From an archaeon (GTDB taxonomy: Archaea > AGJL01 > Methanococci > Methanococcales > Methanocaldococcaceae), in contig JAJRSC010000005.1 of assembly GCA_024278985.1 (NCBI GenBank), positions 40,188-64,187 on the forward strand: 24,000 bases of DNA, read 5' to 3'. Numbering within the stretch: the stretch's first letter is position 1; each line of letters begins with the position of its first letter. Below, piece after piece: positions 16,509-24,000 of this stretch. A program made the position numbers and the translations under genes. Below the pieces are notes generated by a model that made no database searches, was not told the DNA's origin, and saw only the letters and a program-made list of their open reading frames with translations.

Positions 16509-16850
16509 TTACATAGGTTTTGGATTAACTATTTTAACAAGTATGTAATAAGCTCCAACACATAATGCAACTCCAACTATTGCAGATATAATATAACCAA
16601 TTGATGCATGAAGAGGGTCATCCCATCCAGGGATATCATAGTCTGGAAGAGGTGCATAACTCCAAATATCAGCTAAATGTAGCATTCCACTAACTTTTTG
16701 TGCTCCTACTTCTTTAGCAAGTTCTGAAGGGTCCCATTCTCCCCATGCATCTCCATAGTTCCAAACAAGAAGTATCCCTAAAGGACATAAAATTATCATA
16801 GCAACAATTAAATAAACAAATTTTTTAACTAAAGGGTCCTGCCAGTTCAT
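16509..16850 (-). CDS. Small two-TM partner of CbiM/NikM (PDGLE-like, CbiN/NikN position)
   Basis: 113 aa with TM segments at both ends. The central WGEWD...APLPDYDIPGWDDPL recalls my memory of the PDGLE domain rather than a classical CbiN. 4-nt overlap with the M component. Confidence 0.6.
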   Translation of the reverse strand: MNWQDPLVKKFVYLIVAMIILCPLGILLVWNYGDAWGEWDPSELAKEVGAQKVSGMLHLADIWSYAPLPDYDIPGWDDPLHASIGYIISAIVGVALCVGAYYILVKIVNPKPM

Positions 16851-17521
16851 GCAGTCACCCCACTAACATGTTGTTGTTTATCTTCTGATCCAAATAAGTC
16901 TGGTCTTACTTTTTTTACATACCAAACGACTACAGCAGTAACAACAGCTGCTGCAGGACCTGCAGTTACTAAATGAGCAAACGCCATTGCAGGTACTGAA
17001 ACGGTAAATGGATATGGACAGTAACCTGGTTCTATAAATGGTTGTAATCCAAATTCAAATCCTGCACATATAGCCGCTGTAACGATACCAACATAAGCCC
17101 CAATACCACTTGCAATAATATCTCCAACATATTTTCTTAAAAACTTATAAACATAATAACCAACAAATGGTAAAACAACTCCCATATTGAAACAGTTAGC
17201 TCCAATACAGGTAATTCCTCCATCTCCAAAGAATATTGCTTGTATAACTAAAACAATAGATATGGCAATAGTTGCAATCCATGGATTGTCCATTAATATT
17301 GCTATTAAAGTTCCACCAACCATATGTGCAGTAGTTCCATCTGGAACTGGAAGGTTAAACATCATAACTAAGAAAGCAAATGCTGTTAAAACTCCAAGTA
17401 ATGGTAATTTTCTTGGATCTAATTTTTTGAGTTCTAATATACTTTTATACCATATTGGTATCATTATTAAATAGAAAAAAGCACAGGTTATAGGCCCAAG
17501 ATAGCCATCTGGTATGTGCAT
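16847..17521 (-). CDS. cbiM: ECF substrate-capture component, CbiM/NikM family (Co or Ni)
   Basis: 224 aa. N-terminal MHIPDGYL, with the essential Met1-His2 metal-binding N-terminus. His66 lies in TTAHMVGG. GAGGTGA Shine-Dalgarno 7 nt upstream. Confidence 0.85.
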   Translation of the reverse strand: MHIPDGYLGPITCAFFYLIMIPIWYKSILELKKLDPRKLPLLGVLTAFAFLVMMFNLPVPDGTTAHMVGGTLIAILMDNPWIATIAISIVLVIQAIFFGDGGITCIGANCFNMGVVLPFVGYYVYKFLRKYVGDIIASGIGAYVGIVTAAICAGFEFGLQPFIEPGYCPYPFTVSVPAMAFAHLVTAGPAAAVVTAVVVWYVKKVRPDLFGSEDKQQHVSGVTA

Positions 17522-17699
17522 TTTTTCACCTCATATAATAATTATATATTATTACTAAATAAATTATTTGTATTACTATATAAGTTTTTTTATAATTATA
17601 GTATTAACATATTTTATCTTAAGATTTAAATTTATCTTTATATGTGTTCATAATATATTTAATTAATATATATAAAAATAATAAATCTTAGGAATTTAT

Positions 17700-18111
17700 A
17701 GCTTTTAATAAATAAAAATTAGTTCTATTAAATACTTAGATAATATTTATCACGCTAAAAACTTTTTATTTTTAGTTTAGAGGATTTTAATCGGTTATTT
17801 TTCGATTTTAAGGATTTTTATCAATTTTCTAAGGGTCGCGTATTTTAATTATTTTAAATATTTGGATGTAGTGAATTATCGAGATTTTTAAAAGATTTTA
17901 GACAATTATTTTAAAATTAAAATTTTCCCAATAAACAAAACTTATTTTCAAAATTAAAAAGTTTTTAGATTAAAAAATTAGAAAAGAAAGATAAATTAAA
18001 AACTTCAGGAGTTTATAAATAAAAGCTATTGCCTACCCCTTGACAAATTACATAATAGAAAAAGTTATATATTAGAAGAGATATTATACTAAATACGTAA
18101 AATTGCCTCTT
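17700..18111 (+). promoter_or_regulatory. CRISPR leader (left boundary approximate)
   Basis: Long AT-rich non-coding block upstream of repeat 1. It contains five GATTTT(T)A motifs (17783-17900). A TTATATAT box lies at 18065-18072, about 40 nt before repeat 1. Confidence 0.6.
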
Positions 18112-19208
18112 GTTAAAATCAGACCGTTACGGTATGGAAACCTGATTACTTTAATTTTTTTAACTTCTTTTTTGTCTTGTTAAAATCAGACCGTTACGGT
18201 ATGGAAACTTATTGATGAATTTGAATATTTTGATTGATGTATTGAGTTAAAATCAGACCGTTACGGTATGGAAACTATCTCTTTATTCTCATGCCTCTAT
18301 CCCTCCATATTTGTTAAAATCAGACCGTTACGGTATGGAAACTTTAAATTTAAGAAAAACCCTGAATTATGGAAAAAAAGTTAAAATCAGACCGTTACGG
18401 TATGGAAACAAATCAATTAATATATTTTTCTCACCATCAATTTCAGTTAAAATCAGACTGTTACGGTATGGAAACGACAATTAATCCTGAAGCCCCAGTA
18501 ACAGTAATACTGTTAAAATCAGACCGTTACGGTATGGAAACCAATAAAAGATAAGAAAATATCAAAGCCATATTATTAGTTAAAATCAGACCGTTACGGT
18601 ATGGAAACGCAACTGCTATTAATATCCCTGCTCCAAGCAATATTGTTAAAATCAGACCGTTACGGTATGGAAACATCAAAATATTCAAATTCACCAATAA
18701 TAAAAATCAAAAGTTAAAATCAGACCGTTACGGTATGGAAACTTAACAAGTTTTTTAGTTTTTGATATTAAATTATCTGTTAAAATCAGACCGTTACGGT
18801 ATGGAAACAATATTTTTTTTAGATATATAATATATGATGGGGTAGTTAAAATCAGACCGTTACGGTATGGAAACATCAAAATATTCAAATTCACCAATAA
18901 TAAAAATCAAAAGTTAAAATCAGACCGTTACGGTATGGAAACATTACATTATCATAATGAGAATATAAAAGAGGTGAGGTTAAAATCAGACCGTTACGGT
19001 ATGGAAACCAGTTTTTTGTATGTTCTTCATATTGTCTTTCTTTTAGTTAAAATCAGACCGTTACGGTATGGAAACATAAAATTACAGCATTACAACTCTT
19101 GCTGTAATAAAGGTTAAAATCAGACCGTTACGGTATGGAAACTTTTTTATTGTTGAGGTTAGCATATCCTCATTTGGCGTTAAAATCAGACCGTTACGGT
19201 ATGGAAAC
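18112..19208 (+). CRISPR. CRISPR array: 17 x 30-nt repeats GTTAAAATCAGACCGTTACGGTATGGAAAC, 16 spacers of 36-38 nt
   Basis: Repeat starts: 18112, 18179, 18246, 18313, 18380, 18446, 18512, 18579, 18645, 18713, 18779, 18845, 18913, 18979, 19046, 19113, 19179. Plus orientation follows from the GAAAC 3' end, the leader on the left and a degenerate repeat on the right. Repeat 6 has C>T at 18459. Confidence 0.97.
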
Positions 19209-19241
19209 AATAAAAAAGCACTACCTACGTGGAATTAAATT

Positions 19242-19271
19242 TTTAAAATCTGAAAGTGTCTAAAAAAATAT
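19242..19271 (+). repeat. Degenerate terminal CRISPR repeat
   Basis: tttaaaatctgaaagtgtctaaaaaaatat matches the consensus at 16 of 30 positions, 10 of them in the first 12. It lies 33 nt after repeat 17. Confidence 0.5.
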
Positions 19272-19300
19272 TATAATTATAAAAAAAGATTATTTTAAAT

Positions 19301-20044
19301 TTATCTAAAAACATCCTCTTCTTTTTTTCTTATTAAGTCTTTACCACTTCCATTACCAAATGGAACATTTACACCTCTAATTATAACTACTGGAATTCCC
19401 TCATTTGCCTCTCCCATAACAGCGTTTGCCATACTTGCAAGTTCATCAGCAATAGCTACTTCAGTACTTTTTAATTCTCTTCCAAATAAATCCTTTTCTC
19501 CCTTTCTATCCCATAATGCCAATATTCCACTAACTCCAAGAGCTATTCCAACTGCTCCCTTTCTGAATGGTCTTCCAACACTATCAGATATTATAACTCC
19601 TATTTTTTTCCCTGTTAATTCCTCTAATCTTTTTCTTAATTTTTCAGCAGATAAATCAGGATTTTTTGGAAGTGTTTTTATACCTAAAACATTACTTTCA
19701 TCTACTCCACTGTTTGCCATAACATAGCCATGTTTTGTTTCAGTAATTATAAAGTTTTTTCCTATTTTAACAATTTCCCTTGCCTCATCTAATATAACCT
19801 GAACTACTTTTTCATCTTTATTTGTTATCTTAGCTAACTCTTTAGCTTTTTTAGATGGGATTATTTTATTTTTATCAACAATACAGCCCTCAAGTTTTGC
19901 TATTAATGTTTCAGCAACTACAACAATATCATAATCTTGAAGAGGAAATTTAGATATAATCTCAGCTAAATCTACCTTCTCATTACCTTTAAATATTGGG
20001 AGTTCTAAACCAAAAATTTCAACTTTCTTTTTTATCTTTATCAT
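19301..20044 (-). CDS. cofE: Coenzyme F420-0:L-glutamate ligase
   Basis: 247 aa with VVVAETLIAKLEG, MANSGVDESN and GRPFRKGAVGIALG. GAGGAA Shine-Dalgarno. Confidence 0.85.
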   Translation of the reverse strand: MIKIKKKVEIFGLELPIFKGNEKVDLAEIISKFPLQDYDIVVVAETLIAKLEGCIVDKNKIIPSKKAKELAKITNKDEKVVQVILDEAREIVKIGKNFIITETKHGYVMANSGVDESNVLGIKTLPKNPDLSAEKLRKRLEELTGKKIGVIISDSVGRPFRKGAVGIALGVSGILALWDRKGEKDLFGRELKSTEVAIADELASMANAVMGEANEGIPVVIIRGVNVPFGNGSGKDLIRKKEEDVFR

Positions 20045-20056
20045 AATATAATTCCT

Positions 20057-20683
<627 letters not shown>

Positions 20684-20724
20684 TTAATAAATTATTTTAA
20701 AAAATATATAATTTGGGATATAAT

Positions 20725-21597
20725 ATGTATATTATAGCTATATGTGCCTTTATATTATCTGTTTTATTTACCTACTATATTATAAAAAGAAGTAAAAAAT
20801 TTGGATATGACTTACATAAGAGAGAAAAGATAAAAGTCCCTGAAATGGGAGGATTGGCAATATTGTTATCATTGTTTTTAACTATTCCATTTATAAATAT
20901 TAAATTTATTTATTCTATCTTATTATCTGGATTTATTGGAATTATGGATGATTTATTTTCTTTATCACCAAAGGAAAAATTTTTATTCTTGTTTATATCT
21001 GGATTTTTCACTGGGTTATTGTTTAACAACATTTATTTAGCTATAATTTTAGGAGTTGGATTTATGATATTTTCTAATTTAACCAACATGTTAGCAGGAT
21101 TCAATGGGTTGGAGATAGGTTTAGGAGTTTTAGTAGGAATATTTATGTCAATTTTATTTTACTTAGATAATAATATGGTAGGTTTTTATTCAGCCTTAAC
21201 TTTTTCATTGTCCTATCTTGGATTTCTTATATTTAATAAGTATCCAGCAAAAATTTTTCCTGGAGATTGTGGGACTCTACCAATAGGAGCATTTTTAAGT
21301 TTTTTAGCTATATTTTATAAAGAATATTTATTCTTAATTTTAATGATTCCCTACTTTTTAGATGCTACATTAAAATTTTTATCTGCTGGAGTAATGAGTA
21401 GAGATAAGCATAAACCAACAGTTATAGGAGAAGACGGTAAATTATATTACACCTCTGGATATTTATCATTACCAAGATTAATACTAAAGTTTAAACCATT
21501 AAAGGAGTATATGTTAGTTTTATACATATGGATTTTTGAAATTGTTTGTGGATTATTAGCTATATTTATAAAGGTGAATTTATGGATTATTCAATAA
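20725..21597 (+). CDS. Glycosyltransferase family 4 (polyprenyl/dolichyl-phosphate HexNAc-1-phosphate transferase, MraY/WecA/AglH-like)
   Basis: Multi-TM protein with GIMDD, NLTNMLAGFNGLEIG and IFPGDCGTLPIGAF. I prefer ATG 20725 to the track's TTG at 20713. Confidence 0.8.
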   Translation: MYIIAICAFILSVLFTYYIIKRSKKFGYDLHKREKIKVPEMGGLAILLSLFLTIPFINIKFIYSILLSGFIGIMDDLFSLSPKEKFLFLFISGFFTGLLFNNIYLAIILGVGFMIFSNLTNMLAGFNGLEIGLGVLVGIFMSILFYLDNNMVGFYSALTFSLSYLGFLIFNKYPAKIFPGDCGTLPIGAFLSFLAIFYKEYLFLILMIPYFLDATLKFLSAGVMSRDKHKPTVIGEDGKLYYTSGYLSLPRLILKFKPLKEYMLVLYIWIFEIVCGLLAIFIKVNLWIIQ

Positions 21598-21821
21598 TAA
21601 AACCAAAAGTTAAAAAAGAGGTTATAAAAATAGATATTGGTTCTTTAAAAACTAAAAGAAAATTTGCATTTCTCTTAGAAGAGGGAGATATTATATTAGA
21701 AAACAGAGAATATTATGCAAATGATGATGTAGAGGTTGTTATTAGTTATTCATTAACAGAAAGCAAAAGACCAAAAGAAGAGATAACAATATATAAAATT
21801 GAAAAAATTGAGAGGTTTTAA
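21582..21821 (+). CDS. Small hypothetical soluble protein (79 aa)
   Basis: AGGTGA Shine-Dalgarno 4 nt before ATG 21582, which lies inside the GT4 3' end. MDYSIIKPKVKKEV... carries no motif I recognise. Confidence 0.5.
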   Translation: MDYSIIKPKVKKEVIKIDIGSLKTKRKFAFLLEEGDIILENREYYANDDVEVVISYSLTESKRPKEEITIYKIEKIERF

Positions 21822-21824
21822 ATT

Positions 21825-22100
21825 ATGGATTCTGAAGGAAAATGTTGCTTAATACACTCTATTGGAGGAATTATATTTGGATACTTTGCTAACTATATTT
21901 ATACTTTAGGATTAGGTATATTTAGTGGGATAGTAACCTTAATATATTTATTTATTGGAGCAGTTATTTTTGGGCATATAACTGCCAAGATTTTAGGAGA
22001 AAAAAGTTTAGGACAAAAACAATGGTTAGCTTCTGGAGTATTTCCCTTTTATTTAGTTTCTATAATTGTATGGATTTTAAAATATAATGGTGTCATCTAA
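21825..22100 (+). CDS. Small hypothetical membrane protein (91 aa, about 3 TM)
   Basis: Hydrophobic stretches IGGIIFGYFANYIYTLGLGIF, IVTLIYLFIGAVIFG and VFPFYLVSIIVWIL. GAGG lies upstream. Starts 3 nt after the previous stop. Confidence 0.55.
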   Translation: MDSEGKCCLIHSIGGIIFGYFANYIYTLGLGIFSGIVTLIYLFIGAVIFGHITAKILGEKSLGQKQWLASGVFPFYLVSIIVWILKYNGVI

Positions 22101-22155
22101 TCTATATATAAAATTTAATAATATTTAATTAATAAAAAATTCTTTTGGTGATAAC

Positions 22156-23148
22156 ATGCATAAGATATGTGTTATTGAGGGTGATGGAATAGGTAAAGAA
22201 GTTATTCCTGCAACAATTAAAGTTTTAGAGGCAACAGGAATACCTTTTGAATTTGTTTATGCTGAGGCAGGAGATGAGGTATATAAAAGAACAGGAAAAG
22301 CTCTTCCAGAGGAAACTATAGAAACAGCTTTAGAGTGTGATGCTGTTTTATTTGGGGCTGCTGGGGAAACAGCTGCAGATGTTATTGTTAAATTAAGACA
22401 TATTTTAGATACCTATGCAAATGTTAGACCAGTAAAGGCATATAAAGGAGTTCCTTGTTTAAGGGATGATATAGATTATATTATAGTAAGAGAAAATACA
22501 GAAGGGTTATATAAGGGAATAGAAGCAGAAATTGATGAAGGAATAACAACAGCTACAAGAGTTATAACTGAAAAAGCATATGAAAGAATATTTAAATTTG
22601 CCTTTGAATTGGCAAGAGAAAGAAAAAAAGAAGGGAAAGAAGGAAAAGTTACCTGTGCTCATAAGGCAAATGTCTTAAAAATAACTGATGGATTATTTAA
22701 AAGAGTATTTTATAAAGTAGCAGAAAATTATAATGACATTAAGGCAGAGGATGTATATATTGATGCTATGAATATGTATATAATAACTAAACCTCAAACT
22801 TTTGATATTGTTGTTACATCCAATTTATTTGGAGATATTCTATCTGATGGAGCTGCTGGGACTGTTGGAGGGTTAGGATTGGCTCCTTCTGCAAATATTG
22901 GAGATGAACATGGATTATTTGAACCAGTTCATGGTTCTGCACCTGACATAGCAGGAAAAGGTATTGCAAATCCAACAGCAACAATTTTATCTGCTGTTTT
23001 AATGTTAAAATATCTTGGAGAGGTTGAAACTGCTAAAAGAATAGAGAAGGCCTTAGAAGAGGTTTTATCTTTAGGATTAACAACTCCTGATTTAGGAGGA
23101 AATTTAAAAACTATGGAAATGGCTGAAGAAATTATAAAAAGGTTATAA
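22156..23148 (+). CDS. leuB: 3-isopropylmalate dehydrogenase family (beta-decarboxylating dehydrogenase; LeuB-like rather than AksF-like by recollection)
   Basis: 330 aa with VIEGDGIGKEV, VRENTEGLY, NLFGDILSD, GLAPSANIG and HGSAPDIAGKGIANP. GGTGAT Shine-Dalgarno. Confidence 0.75.
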   Translation: MHKICVIEGDGIGKEVIPATIKVLEATGIPFEFVYAEAGDEVYKRTGKALPEETIETALECDAVLFGAAGETAADVIVKLRHILDTYANVRPVKAYKGVPCLRDDIDYIIVRENTEGLYKGIEAEIDEGITTATRVITEKAYERIFKFAFELARERKKEGKEGKVTCAHKANVLKITDGLFKRVFYKVAENYNDIKAEDVYIDAMNMYIITKPQTFDIVVTSNLFGDILSDGAAGTVGGLGLAPSANIGDEHGLFEPVHGSAPDIAGKGIANPTATILSAVLMLKYLGEVETAKRIEKALEEVLSLGLTTPDLGGNLKTMEMAEEIIKRL

Positions 23149-24000
23149 TTCTTTAAGAATATAAACTCTATCTCCTTCTCTAACTTTTTCATCTATTTTT
23201 ATTCCAACCTTCTCCCCTTTTCTTGCAACATCTACAAATTTATGATTAATTTGCATTTCCTTTATTTTCTTTTCAATACATCCAGTTGTCTTTCCTATTA
23301 TTAATATTGTATCTCCAACTCTAATATCTTTATATAACTCAACTTCAGCAACTCCAACCTTTTTATAGTAATTAACAACTCTACCAACTTCAACCTTTCT
23401 ATATTTAGAAGCATTTCCTTCAATATTATATTGAAAATCATGTTCTTTATCTTTATCTCTAAAATAAAATCCAGTATCATATTCCCTATTGTATATTTTA
23501 GACAACTCTTTTTTAAAGTATGGTAGTTTTTCAAAATAGTCTCCATTATAATAACTATCTATAGCCTCTCTATAAATTTTAACAACTCTCATAACATAGT
23601 CAGCATTTTTAGCCCTTCCCTCTATTTTAAATGAATCAAAGACATCAATAATTTGGGGGATATGTTCAATCATACATAAATCTTTTAGAGAGAGTAAATA
23701 TTTACCTTCACAAATTAATTCATAAGTTCCATCAAAATGTTCATTTATTAGTTTCCATTTTCTTCTACATGGTTGTAAGCATTCTCCACAGTTTGCATGT
23801 TTATTAAATAGATATGCACTTAAAAAGCATCTTCCACTTATAGCCACACATAGAGCTCCATGGACAAATCCTTCCAATTCTAAATTAATATTTTCTTTTT
23901 TAAGATTATCTCTTATAGCTTTAATTTGTCTAAGTGTTAATTCTCTACTTAAAATTGCTCTATCTGCAAATTTTGAGTAAAATTTAGCTAAAATAGAGTT
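23143..24000 (-). CDS. Peptidase U32 family protein (5' end beyond the window)
   Basis: The frame stays open to position 24000 (NSILAKFYSKFADRAILSRELTLRQIKAIRDNLKKENINLELEGFVHG...). It matches the U32 signature E-x-F-x2-G-[SA]-[LIVM]-C-x4-G-x-C-x-[LIVM]-S as EGFVHGALCVAISGRCFLS, followed by CGECLQPCR. The track's M at 23877 is an internal TTG. Confidence 0.8.
   Translation of the reverse strand, partial: NSILAKFYSKFADRAILSRELTLRQIKAIRDNLKKENINLELEGFVHGALCVAISGRCFLSAYLFNKHANCGECLQPCRRKWKLINEHFDGTYELICEGKYLLSLKDLCMIEHIPQIIDVFDSFKIEGRAKNADYVMRVVKIYREAIDSYYNGDYFEKLPYFKKELSKIYNREYDTGFYFRDKDKEHDFQYNIEGNASKYRKVEVGRVVNYYKKVGVAEVELYKDIRVGDTILIIGKTTGCIEKKIKEMQINHKFVDVARKGEKVGIKIDEKVREGDRVYILKEL

Noticed and set aside
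17187-17474. 95-aa plus-strand ORF
   Set aside because: It is an antisense shadow of cbiM.
19076-19112. Spacer 15 contains an 8-bp inverted repeat (TTACAGCA...TGCTGTAA)
   Set aside because: It probably just reflects a hairpin, for example a terminator, in the source protospacer. It has no implication for the array itself.
18369-19117. Track ORFs 18369-18554 (+), 18691-18897 (-) and 18935-19117 (+)
   Set aside because: They lie inside the CRISPR array. Their proteins are periodic translations of the repeat (LKSDRYGMET and FPYRNGLILT recurring), so they are not genes.
22929-23546. Minus-strand ORFs 22929-23192 and 23301-23546
   Set aside because: The first is antisense to the leuB 3' end. 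The second is an alternative frame inside the U32 gene.

Overview
AT-rich archaeal chromosome segment. Gene content points to a Methanococcales (Methanocaldococcus-like) methanogen: MptA, CofE, HypD, a Kae1-Bud32 fusion, TFE, Spt4/Rpo7, and a CRISPR repeat resembling the M. jannaschii short repeat. All calls come from motif recognition by eye; no searches were run.

Most of the window is tightly packed housekeeping and cofactor genes:
- A five-gene minus-strand operon: Orc1/Cdc6-like AAA+, mptA, an ATP-grasp gene, tfe and an HD-domain gene.
- A second minus-strand string: rpo7, spt4, cbiL and a degenerate AAA+-like gene.
- Initiator tRNA-Met, kae1-bud32, pyrD, a CBS-domain gene, and a membrane protein followed by hemD and hypD.
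- An ECF Ni/Co transporter split into two convergent halves.
- nep1, cofE, a GT4 glycosyltransferase with two small ORFs, leuB, and a partial U32-family gene.
- A 17-repeat CRISPR array with a long leader and no cas genes in view.

The most interesting region is about 4.2-6.9 kb. A divergent Orc1/Cdc6-like gene abuts two ultra-AT-rich non-coding blocks carrying direct repeats and palindromes. A CG-containing TCGAAAAC-type element recurs there, and two copies form a 33-bp near-perfect inverted repeat around a 311-bp A/T core. The region also encodes a wHTH plus SWIM-like zinc-finger protein. A second Orc-like protein has degenerate ATPase motifs, and its winged-helix tail lies behind an in-frame TAG. 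I read this as a candidate, experimentally uncharacterised replication-origin or initiator module. A MITE-like element is the main alternative.

The CRISPR array holds three spacers that tile one 49-nt target locus on opposite strands.
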